Origin: Chloroflexota bacterium
GTDB lineage: Bacteria > Chloroflexota > Dormibacteria > CF-121
Assembly: GCA_005882045.1 (NCBI GenBank)
Contig: VBHO01000026.1
Location: forward strand, 16,885 to 69,084
Direction of reading: 5' to 3'
DNA length: 52,200 bases
The notes below the pieces were generated by a model. That model had not been told where the DNA came from. It saw only the letters and a list, made by a program, of their open reading frames with translations, and ran no database searches. This document shows positions 44,215-52,200 of the stretch, piece after piece; position 1 is the stretch's first letter, and every line of letters begins with the position of its first letter. A program made the position numbers and the translations under genes.

Positions 44215-47200
44215 TTAAGTCGTCGAGACTTCTTCTTCGATCGGATCGGGGCTGGACCCGTTGGCCGGCGTTTCCTCGGCGGACGCGAGGACGACGGATG
44301 GCCCTGGCAGGCGGATGATGGTCCAGTCGTCGCTCTTCTCGACGCGGTCGGCGAGCGTCTCATCCTTGGAAAAGAGGATGACCTGATGGTCGAGGCGGCC
44401 GAGCTCGTCCATCGCGGCGCGCAGTCGGCGGCGATCCGCGTGCACCAGCGCCTCGTCGAGGAGCAGGGGAGGTGGCTCCGCGTTGCCACCGATGATCCGC
44501 GCCAGCGCCAGACGCTCGAGTAAGTAGATCAGCGACCTGGTGCCGAGGCTCAGGTTGTCGACATCTTTATATGCCCGCTGGTCCTGGGTCTTGACGGAGA
44601 GCGCGAGGTCTTCTCCGATCCGCACGTCGCGGTAGCGACCGTTCGTAATCGGGGACAGCTGGCCCTGCAGCTGCGACTTGAGGCGCGGGATCACGGCGCG
44701 CCGCACCGACTTGGCCGCCGCCTCCAGTGTCTCGATCGCGAGGTCGTAGGCGTGCGCCTCCGCCTCGAGCTCTTGCAGCTGTTCGCCGATGGTGGCAATC
44801 TCCTCCTCGAGCGCGGCGACATCGCCGATCTGCGTCAGCCGATCGTTCAAGAGCTCCTCCGCGCGAGCCCGTTCCTCCTGGGCTCGCTCCTTGACGTCAC
44901 GGTGTTGATCGCGCTGCCGTTCGAGCTCGGCCAGGGGGAGCGCCGCGAACTCGGCCGCCCGCGCCGGGTCGACGCTTTTGCCCACCTCGCCCAGCTGGCG
45001 GGTGAGGTCATCGACGAGCTGGCGAAGCGATCCCGCCTCGTCCGCGGTGACGCCGCCTCGCTGCGACTCCAGCTCGGCCAGTCGAACGCTCGACGTCCGG
45101 TAAGCCTCGGCGTGACTGACCGCGGCCTCCCACGCCACGGCCGCGCCCTCCATATCGGGATCGGTAATGCCGGCCCGCGTGTAGATCGCCGCCAGCTGGC
45201 GGGTGTACTCATCGGCCTTGGCGCGCTCGGCCATCGAGCGCTCGCTCGGAGCGCGAAGTTGCGCCAGCTGGGCGTCGAGCTGCTCGATTCGGGTGCGAAC
45301 CTGCTGCGCCTGGCGCTCGGCCTCGCAGCCGGCGATAAAGTCGCGTGCCGCGCCCAGCGCCTCGCGCCGGTCGAACCCGAGCCGGTCGAGCAAGCTGTGC
45401 AGCTGCTGCCGCAGCGATTCCCGTCGCTGGTCCATTTCGGTTTCAGCTCGCGTCGCCTCCAGCGAGCGCTGGCTCGCAGCGTTCCAGGCGAGGCTGTCCT
45501 GGGCCAGCGACTCCACGTCCCCGGCGGTCGCCTCGACCGCCTCCTCGGTGGGAGCCGGCTGAGAAAGACCCCAGGATCCCACCAGCTCGCGCAGGGTTCG
45601 ACCGGCGATCTGCGCCCGCTCTTCCAACTCGGTGGCCTGCCGATCCAGCTCGAGGCGGGTGGCGTCGTAGCGGACCTTCTGCAGGTGCTCGACAAGCGCC
45701 TGCTGCAGCTCGCCGGAGCTGCGGACGCCCCACGGCTGCAGGATCTCCCGGCGCCTGACGCGAGCCTCGTCTTTGGCCCGAAGGCGGCGGTCGACCTCTC
45801 GGACCGCGGCGCCGCGAACCCAGATGCCGATGCCGGTCGACAACACGCCCATGCCAAGCAGGAAGAAGGCGGCTCCGCTAAGCGGCAGTGGCATATTGCT
45901 CTGCAGCGCGAGAAAGGCGACCAGGATCGCCATCGCCGTGAGCAGCAGGCCGCCGAGCATGGCGCCCAGGAAGGTGCGCTGCCGGCTGCGGGCGCGCTCG
46001 GCCATCGCCTCCTCGCGCCGCATGGCCTCCTCAGATTGCTGGCCTGCCTTGATGACGTCCGGAACTTCTCGGTAGCGCGCGATATCGTGCTTGAGCTGCT
46101 CCAGCCGTGGGGGCAGCTCGGCACCCGCGCGCTGGCGCGCTTCAGTGGCGACATTGTGGCGCTCGCGCCATTCCGAGTAGACACGCTGGAACTCCATCTG
46201 CCGGGCAGGCCAATCGAGGCTCTGGCCGATCAAGCCCGGATGACGCTCGGCGATCCGGCGCGCCTCTTCGGCGGCCGTCTGGGCCCGCAGATGGACCTCG
46301 GGGGCCTGGGCATCGGCCACATTGAGTGAGGTCAGCAGTTCACGGCCTTGCGCGTCCGATTCCAGCTTGGCGCGCTCGGCCTCGAGCTGCTGCACCTGCG
46401 CGGCGTTCTCCGCGGCTCGGCGTTCGAAGTCTTCCTGCGCCTCGCGGGTTGCTCGTAGGTGACTGCGCAACTCCTGGAGCTCGGACTGCCGGTCGAGGGG
46501 GAACATGGCAAAGCGCGTGTGATCCTCTTGTCTCGCCCGCTCGTCCGTGATCGCCCGCTCGAGTGTTTCGACACGCTCCAGGCGATGACGGGCCTCGTCC
46601 AGGCGGGAGCCGAGGACGGCAGCGTCGAGCAATTGGACCACCGCCAGCTCCGCCTCGGTCAGCGCCGACACGGTCTCGCGCTTCTGTGCCAGCTCGTCGA
46701 CGGCGCTGCGAGCCTGGCGGGCGGCCGTGAGCTGCCGCTCCACGTCGGAGAGCCGGCTTTCGAGGTCGTGCAGCGGGCCGGTGCGGCCGCGCGGCTTTCC
46801 GATGCGCTGCGCCCGTTCCTGACGGAGCCGATCGAGCACGGCTTGCGCGGTCCGGTCGGGATGCGCCGAGTCCGCCAATGCCACGATCGCTTCCTTGATG
46901 CTGCCGGCGTCCTCGAGACGCAACACCTCGCTGCGCGAGATGCAGGCGGTGTTGGTGTAGATGTCGCGGCTGATGCCGAGCAACTGCCGTCCAATCTGGA
47001 GCCCACCCCAGGGGTCGCGCTCGAACCGGTCGTTCAGCTCCGCGCCGTTGGCGAGGTCGAGCACCCGAACCGCGTCGGCGTCGAGGTCGCGCTCGACGCG
47101 TAGCCTCGAGCCGTCGTCCAGCTCGAATTCGAGCGCGAGCCCGAAGCCGCCACCCTCCCACGGCCGCCAGCGATCGGTGCGCTCGACGATTGCGGATCGG

Positions 47201-47364
47201 CGGTCGCCGGACTCGAGACCGTAGAGGCCGGTCACGATCGCTTCCTGCAACGTCGACTTCCCGGCTTCGTTCGGCCCCACCACAAGGTTCATGGCAGGAC
47301 CGAAGTGCAGGTCCATACCTTGCAGGGTGCCAAAGCCTCCGATCTCGATGCGCGTCAGGCGCAT
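44215..47364 (-). CDS. Rad50/SbcC-like (YhaN-type) coiled-coil ATPase with two central TM helices
   Basis: Walker A GPNEAGKST, long coiled coils, hydrophobic hairpin FLGAMLGGLLL..GIGIWV, signature LSLGT, Walker B LLLDEALVHAD. Confidence 0.88.
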   Translation of the reverse strand: MRLTRIEIGGFGTLQGMDLHFGPAMNLVVGPNEAGKSTLQEAIVTGLYGLESGDRRSAIVERTDRWRPWEGGGFGLALEFELDDGSRLRVERDLDADAVRVLDLANGAELNDRFERDPWGGLQIGRQLLGISRDIYTNTACISRSEVLRLEDAGSIKEAIVALADSAHPDRTAQAVLDRLRQERAQRIGKPRGRTGPLHDLESRLSDVERQLTAARQARSAVDELAQKRETVSALTEAELAVVQLLDAAVLGSRLDEARHRLERVETLERAITDERARQEDHTRFAMFPLDRQSELQELRSHLRATREAQEDFERRAAENAAQVQQLEAERAKLESDAQGRELLTSLNVADAQAPEVHLRAQTAAEEARRIAERHPGLIGQSLDWPARQMEFQRVYSEWRERHNVATEARQRAGAELPPRLEQLKHDIARYREVPDVIKAGQQSEEAMRREEAMAERARSRQRTFLGAMLGGLLLTAMAILVAFLALQSNMPLPLSGAAFFLLGMGVLSTGIGIWVRGAAVREVDRRLRAKDEARVRRREILQPWGVRSSGELQQALVEHLQKVRYDATRLELDRQATELEERAQIAGRTLRELVGSWGLSQPAPTEEAVEATAGDVESLAQDSLAWNAASQRSLEATRAETEMDQRRESLRQQLHSLLDRLGFDRREALGAARDFIAGCEAERQAQQVRTRIEQLDAQLAQLRAPSERSMAERAKADEYTRQLAAIYTRAGITDPDMEGAAVAWEAAVSHAEAYRTSSVRLAELESQRGGVTADEAGSLRQLVDDLTRQLGEVGKSVDPARAAEFAALPLAELERQRDQHRDVKERAQEERARAEELLNDRLTQIGDVAALEEEIATIGEQLQELEAEAHAYDLAIETLEAAAKSVRRAVIPRLKSQLQGQLSPITNGRYRDVRIGEDLALSVKTQDQRAYKDVDNLSLGTRSLIYLLERLALARIIGGNAEPPPLLLDEALVHADRRRLRAAMDELGRLDHQVILFSKDETLADRVEKSDDWTIIRLPGPSVVLASAEETPANGSSPDPIEEEVSTT

Positions 47365-47392
47365 GAACGGCTCACCACGTAAAGGCTAAACG

Positions 47393-48487
47393 TCATTCGT
47401 CGAAGGCATCGAGCGCAAGCTGCAGCGCCCGACCAACCGTCTGTTCCTCCTGGCGTGATCCCTGTTTGTGATCGACGAGCTTACGAACCATTTCTCCACG
47501 GCTTGTGAACTCCTGGGTCGCCGCCTCGAGGTCGTGCGAGACTCGAGACTGGTCGCGGAACTCGAGATAGGCGAAGCCATCACTGCACTCGGTCGAGAGC
47601 GCCTGGGGATCGATGATCAGCGACCGGGTCCGTTCCCCGACCAGCGTCGCCCGGATCACCGCGCCGTCGAGGTGTTTGCCCTCACGGATCGCGAGGATGG
47701 CGTCGCGTACGTGCTCGGGGCTCGTCATGCCGGTGATGTCGATCGTCTCCTGGGCGAACTGGCGCTGATTGATGTCCTCGAGCAGCACGTACACCGCGCC
47801 ATCATCCTCGATCGTCACCAGCGCGGTGCAATGCCGCCCGGTTTCATTCCAGCCCAACGGCTCCGGACTCCCGGGATAGGTCAGCGGTCCGCTGGTGCTC
47901 GCCTCGTGATAGTGACCGAGGAGCGCGTGACGGAACCCGGCTTGCTCCACCTGGCTTGGCAGGATCGGCTTGTAGGGCGTCACGCTTTCAGGCACCTGGC
48001 TCATGTCCGAGGCGTGCAACAGGAGGAGATGCGTGCCCTCATCCTGCCGGATGAAATCCCGCAGTGGCGCCTCCGAAACGTCGGGGCGCATGAAGCCGGC
48101 CGCCCAGATTTGGACATCACCGTAGCGGTGGGGGCGCAGATCGTCGTGCGTCGCGATCGTGACGTTTTCCGGCCAGCGCAGATATCGGTAGGGCGAGCTG
48201 GGCACCGCTGGATCCGCGTGACCGGGGGCGATCAGCACCGGCAGGCCGGCGCTGCCCAGGGTCTGCGTCAGGAAGCTGGCGGTGTCGCGAGTGACGTGAT
48301 CCTGCTCGAAGAGATCGCCGGCGCACGTGATCAGGTCGACCTGCGCCTGGTGGGCGCGCTCGACGATCCGCTGGAGGGCGGCGCGCAGGTCGCCGCGACG
48401 GCGTTGCGCGCCAACGCCGTAGAGGCGCTCGCTCGCGAAGGATCGGTCGAGATGCAGGTCAGCGAAATGGAGCAGGCGAAGGGCCAC
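47393..48487 (-). CDS. Mre11/SbcD-like (YhaO-type) metallophosphoesterase
   Basis: LLHFADLHLD, AGDLFE, APGHAD, LLLHAS, LGHYH, YPGSPE. Confidence 0.9.
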   Translation of the reverse strand: MALRLLHFADLHLDRSFASERLYGVGAQRRRGDLRAALQRIVERAHQAQVDLITCAGDLFEQDHVTRDTASFLTQTLGSAGLPVLIAPGHADPAVPSSPYRYLRWPENVTIATHDDLRPHRYGDVQIWAAGFMRPDVSEAPLRDFIRQDEGTHLLLLHASDMSQVPESVTPYKPILPSQVEQAGFRHALLGHYHEASTSGPLTYPGSPEPLGWNETGRHCTALVTIEDDGAVYVLLEDINQRQFAQETIDITGMTSPEHVRDAILAIREGKHLDGAVIRATLVGERTRSLIIDPQALSTECSDGFAYLEFRDQSRVSHDLEAATQEFTSRGEMVRKLVDHKQGSRQEEQTVGRALQLALDAFDE

Positions 48488-48553
48488 AAATCCCCCGTAA
48501 CCACGCGAATTGTGCCTGGCGCGATGGCATATGCGAGCGCGAAATCAGCGCCC

Positions 48554-48590
48554 ATTATAGAACGAGGGCTGAATTTATTCCGAATCAGCC
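48554..48590. promoter_or_regulatory. -10 box for the nuclease/ATPase operon with an adjacent inverted repeat
   Basis: TATAAT on the minus strand (48554-48559); GGCTGA-N12-TCAGCC (48567-48590) covering the expected -35 region. Confidence 0.45.
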
Positions 48591-48626
48591 GGCGTAGCGA
48601 CAGCAGCGCCTAAACTGAGCGACGAA

Positions 48627-49592
48627 GTGGGCTCGTTCGAGAAGGGGGACCGGGGTGCGCGCATCCTCAAAATCCAGACGCTCCTTCAGGGCAACCCGCG
48701 CGGTTTGACGACGGGCGAGATCGCCCGCCGGACCGGCGTCAACCCTCGCACCACCTATCGCGACATCAAGGCCCTGGAGGCCATGAACGTCCCGGTCTAC
48801 GAGGAGGCGGGGCGGATCGCCATCGACCCTAACTACTTCATCGCACCGGTCAAATTCACGCTGCGCGAGGCGATGGCGCTCCTGATGGGCGTCCGCCTGA
48901 TGTCCCGGCACAGCGACGAAGCGGACCCTGATGTCGCCGACGCCTTTACCAAGCTGGCGGCGGTGCTGCCCACGCCGGTCGCCGAGTACGTACATGCCAC
49001 CGTTCGTCAGATGGCGGCGCGTCCGCCCAACCCCGTCTATTCCAGGGTGCTCCAGACCGTCGCGCTTGGCTGGGCCGGTCGCAAGGTGGTGCGCATCTGG
49101 TATCCAAGCGCGGATCACGCCGTCAAGCCCCGGCTGATCGAGCCTTACTTTCTCGAGCCATCGCTGATTGGACACAGTAGCTACGTCGTCGCGCGCGATC
49201 GCGGGTTGGGAGAGATGCGGACCTTCAAGCTGGAACGCATCACCCGGGCCGAGCCCATGACCGAGACCTACGCGATCCCGGCCGACTTCGACATCAACAG
49301 CTACCTCTCGGGGGCCTGGGGGATCTATCACTCCGGCGAGCCAGTCGAAGTCAGGCTGCGGTTTTTCCCGCCCGCGGCCGGCAGGGTCAAGGAATCGACC
49401 TGGCATCCATCACAGAAGCTCAGCGATGGGCCGAAGGGCTCGGTGAACCTGACCGTCACCGTCACCGGGACCGTCGAGATCACCCCCTGGATCCTCGGCT
49501 GGGGCGATGCGGTGGAGGTTATCGCACCGAAAGAGTTACGCAAGAAGATCGCCGAGGCTGGCGCAAAAATGGCGGCGCGCAACAAGGGTTGA
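48627..49592 (+). CDS. HTH-WYL-WCX transcriptional regulator (PafC/YafY-like)
   Basis: HTH EIARRTGVNPRTTYRDIKAL; WYL RLIEPY..SYVVA..MRTFKLERI; WCX WILGWGDAVEVIAPKELR. Confidence 0.93.
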   Translation: MGSFEKGDRGARILKIQTLLQGNPRGLTTGEIARRTGVNPRTTYRDIKALEAMNVPVYEEAGRIAIDPNYFIAPVKFTLREAMALLMGVRLMSRHSDEADPDVADAFTKLAAVLPTPVAEYVHATVRQMAARPPNPVYSRVLQTVALGWAGRKVVRIWYPSADHAVKPRLIEPYFLEPSLIGHSSYVVARDRGLGEMRTFKLERITRAEPMTETYAIPADFDINSYLSGAWGIYHSGEPVEVRLRFFPPAAGRVKESTWHPSQKLSDGPKGSVNLTVTVTGTVEITPWILGWGDAVEVIAPKELRKKIAEAGAKMAARNKG

Positions 49593-49603
49593 GGAGGACG
49601 ACG

Positions 49604-49969
49604 ATGGACACATTTCAGGCGGTATCAAGGTTGAAGCCGGCACGCATCTGGGACGGCGTGGTGGCGCGTCCGCTCCACGCCGAGCGGCTAACGATTGGAT
49701 TCGTCGACATCGACCCTGGTGTGCTGGTGCCCGAGCATCGACATGACAACGAGCAGGTCGGGTTTGTGCAGCGTGGTTCGGTGACGATGACGATTGCCGG
49801 TCAGGCGCGCGAGCTCGGGGTGGGGGAGACCTACTCCATTGCCGGCGGGGTGCCTCACTCCGCCAAAGCCGGCGCCGATGGTGCGTCGGTGGTGGACGTC
49901 TTCGCCCCCGGTCGGGAAGACTGGAAAACGGCGCCGACCGTCGAGCCCTTCGCCGGTCGCTGGCCCTAA
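49604..49969 (+). CDS. Cupin-domain protein
   Basis: VPEHRHDNEQVG..IAGGVPHS..VDVFAPGRED; RBS GAGGAGG. Confidence 0.88.
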   Translation: MDTFQAVSRLKPARIWDGVVARPLHAERLTIGFVDIDPGVLVPEHRHDNEQVGFVQRGSVTMTIAGQARELGVGETYSIAGGVPHSAKAGADGASVVDVFAPGREDWKTAPTVEPFAGRWP

Positions 49970-50748
49970 AACAGGCCGCCGTACTCCCCGCCGTCCACCG
50001 ACAGCGTGGCTCCGGTGATGAAACTCGCGGCGTCGCCGGCGAGGAAAACAACCGCGGCCGCCAGCTCATCGGGGCGTCCGTGCCGGCCGAGCGGGATGTT
50101 ACGGATGCTACGCGCGGTGAACTCGGCGGGATCAACGCCGAGCTTGATCGCCTGACCTCGATTTTCTTCCTTGATTCGATCGGTTTCGAAGCGGCCGGTC
50201 AGGATCGAGTTGACCCGAACGTCGGGCGCGGCCTCCCTGGCGAGTGTCTTTCCCATCGCGACCACGGCCGGGCGTAGGGCGTTCGACAGCACGAGATTGT
50301 CGACCGGCTGATGCGCGGCGATCGACGTGAGGTTCACGATGGCGCCGCGGCCGCGCCGCAGCGCGGCAAGCGAGGCGCGCGTCAGGCGAACGGCGCTCAT
50401 CAACACCAGGTTGATCGCCTCCGCCCACGCGGCATCGTCCAGCTCGGCCACGCTGCCAAGGATCGGCCCCCGCGTGTTGTTGACGAGCACCTCGAGGCCG
50501 CCGAGGGTCGCGATCGCCCACTCGACCAGGTCGCGGCACTGGTCAGCCTGTCTGAGATCGGCGACTCGTGCGACGACGTCATGACCCTCCTCACGAAGCG
50601 CGTCGGCGGCGGTGCGGATGCGCTGCTCATCGCTCGAGGAGATGACGACGCGACAACCCTCAGCGGCCAGCGCCCGGGCGGACGCAAATCCGAGGCCACG
50701 GCTGGCTGCCGTCACCAGCGCGCGCCGTCCTCTCAATCCCGTTTCCAC
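49966..50748 (-). CDS. Atypical SDR oxidoreductase (BKR-like)
   Basis: ALVTAASRGLG, LVNNT, LSNALR in place of YxxxK, IPLGRHGRPDE, VDGG. Confidence 0.9.
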   Translation of the reverse strand: METGLRGRRALVTAASRGLGFASARALAAEGCRVVISSSDEQRIRTAADALREEGHDVVARVADLRQADQCRDLVEWAIATLGGLEVLVNNTRGPILGSVAELDDAAWAEAINLVLMSAVRLTRASLAALRRGRGAIVNLTSIAAHQPVDNLVLSNALRPAVVAMGKTLAREAAPDVRVNSILTGRFETDRIKEENRGQAIKLGVDPAEFTARSIRNIPLGRHGRPDELAAAVVFLAGDAASFITGATLSVDGGEYGGLF

Positions 50749-50772
50749 GGGCCAAATACTAGAGTGCGCTAC

Positions 50773-50982
50773 CTAGGCAGCGGCGCGAGGCTGCTTACCG
50801 CAGGCGGGACACGGCGTGCCCGCTTTCAGCTCGGCACGCTTGAAGGCGTGCCCTCCGCAATGCGGGCAGAGGGCGCCTGGTCGCAGCGGCTGGGCTTGCG
50901 CGGCCTTCTGCATACGCTCGCGCAGGTGACTGTCGTCTTCTTTTTCGATGAAGCGCGGGTCGGTCGGCGTCTGCGTGCTCAT
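50773..50982 (-). CDS. Small zinc-ribbon protein
   Basis: CPHC..CPAC; ATGA-coupled to the upstream gene. Confidence 0.7.
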   Translation of the reverse strand: MSTQTPTDPRFIEKEDDSHLRERMQKAAQAQPLRPGALCPHCGGHAFKRAELKAGTPCPACGKQPRAAA

Positions 50983-51725
50983 GCGGCCTTCAACGCTCCC
51001 GGTTCGAGGGCCCCGGGCCGAATGTGCTCAGCAAGCTTGATGCCGATGACTTCCGGATGCAGGTCGATGCCCCGCTGGAAAGGGTGCACGCTCAGGATCG
51101 CCGGCACGCGCCGGTTGCCAATCTCGACCTCGAGCACGCGACCATGCAGGGTCGTCATTGACGCCCATCCGTCCCAGGTCCGCATGGTACGCCACCACAG
51201 GTGACGCGCCACGGGTCCACCCATGGCGACGATCGCCTGCGGCGCGATTCGCGCCAGCAGGCTTTGCAGGTGGCGATCGACGCACTGGTTGAGGGCCGCG
51301 TCGGTGACGCGGTCAGGGTTGTCAGTCACGCAGCGAACCGCCCAGGTATGAAAGGCCGAATCCAGAACGTCGCGCTTGTCGAGCTTTTGGCCCATCCGGC
51401 GGCGGGCGGCGAGCAGCACCGCGCGCACGAACTGAAAGTAGGGTTGGGGAGTATCCGCCGTCATGTGGTGCTCGAGCCGCGCTTCGTGGTCGAGCCACTC
51501 GTTGAATGCCTCGTTGCTGGCGCTTGCCGTGTCGAGCGGGCTGGGGCTGATGAAGACGATCGGCGCCTCCGGATTGCCGAATCCCACCTGCGGCCGCCGC
51601 AGCGGTTGCGCGAGTCGTTCGCACGGGCTGTCGGTGCCCCGGTCGGACTCCGCGATCGCGCACCCATGCAACCGCTTGAGGGCGTCCGAGCCGAAGAACT
51701 GCAGGTACTGCTGGCCCTTGCTCAC
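50979..51725 (-). CDS. Divergent uracil-DNA glycosylase superfamily protein
   Basis: GFGNPEAPIVFISPSP, TWAVRC, NQC..HL..IAPQAIVAMG, SVHP. Confidence 0.7.
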   Translation of the reverse strand: MSKGQQYLQFFGSDALKRLHGCAIAESDRGTDSPCERLAQPLRRPQVGFGNPEAPIVFISPSPLDTASASNEAFNEWLDHEARLEHHMTADTPQPYFQFVRAVLLAARRRMGQKLDKRDVLDSAFHTWAVRCVTDNPDRVTDAALNQCVDRHLQSLLARIAPQAIVAMGGPVARHLWWRTMRTWDGWASMTTLHGRVLEVEIGNRRVPAILSVHPFQRGIDLHPEVIGIKLAEHIRPGALEPGALKAA

Positions 51726-51828
51726 GCTGTTTGAAACGACGCGGAGTGATGGTCGAAGCTTGCGCCCCAGCCATCGCCGACAGCGTCGCCACGCGGCCTT
51801 TCCACACCGGCCGCTTAAGATTTCTCCA

Positions 51829-52142
51829 ATGGCAGCGATTCCGGCCGTCGCCTCGAAGCTGACGGCTCGAAGCCCTACCTACTCGATGTCCGCGAACCCT
51901 GGGAGTATCTGGCGGGCCATGTACCTGGGGCTCAGCTCATCCCACTGGGGGAGCTGGAGCAACGCGTTTCCGAAGTGCCACGGGACCGCGAGGTGCTCGC
52001 CATCTGTCATAGCGGTCAACGCAGCCTGGCGGCGGCCGGCTATCTCCAGCAGCTCGGTTACACCGCCATCAGCAACGTCGACGGCGGCACGGCTGCCTGG
52101 ATCGAACGCGGCTATCCGACCGAAGGGTCATCCGCCAGCTGA
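51829..52142 (+). pseudogene. Single-domain rhodanese (sulfurtransferase), frameshifted near 51845; not in the ORF track
   Basis: ATG 51829 (MAAIP) 7 nt after TAAGAT; a second frame from 51846 gives LLDVREPWEYLAGHVPGA..ICHSGQRS..NVDGGTAAW, stop TGA 52140-52142. Confidence 0.8.
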
Positions 52143-52200
52143 AGCTGCGTCGCATCGAAGCGCCTCACCACCCCGGAGCGCACCGACTGCGCGAGTTGCG

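Noticed and set aside
44752-46329. 525-aa plus-strand ORF and other overlapping ORFs
   Set aside because: Shadow frames of the coiled-coil ATPase gene.
48488-48626. LexA SOS box upstream of the nuclease/ATPase operon
   Set aside because: GAAC is present but no GAAC-N4-GTTC-type palindrome.
52143-52200. 3' end of a minus-strand gene at the window edge
   Set aside because: Too short to assign a frame or product.

Overview
A gene-dense, high-GC chromosomal segment with about 55 CDS. It probably comes from a monoderm soil bacterium such as Chloroflexota or Ca. Dormibacterota (inferred from gene content, not established). I found no rRNA, tRNA, CRISPR array or transposase. Content: TelA, two MarR/MFS efflux units, an ECF sigma/anti-sigma pair, pyruvate dehydrogenase E1/E2, a class III adenylate cyclase, QueF, an MshC-like ligase, a LysM-CHAP hydrolase, an amidase, a sulfite-oxidase-family/ApbE/ferric-reductase module, a cysteine desulfurase-like protein, a subtilase + membrane sensor + diguanylate cyclase operon, and a WYL regulator divergent from a membrane-anchored Mre11/Rad50-like pair. 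The strongest hidden signal is a SAM methyltransferase split by tandem in-frame TGA-TGA codons (12676-12681), followed by a SECIS-like hairpin, i.e. a probable double-selenocysteine (UU) enzyme. Other candidates: a subtilase with six Trp-containing pentapeptide tail repeats coupled to c-di-GMP sensors; an unannotated 43-aa peptide coupled to a CxCGIYA protein; several enzymes missing catalytic residues; recurring near-cognate start codons and leaderless promoters. About five short deletion-type lesions look like assembly artefacts and limit interpretation of the affected genes.
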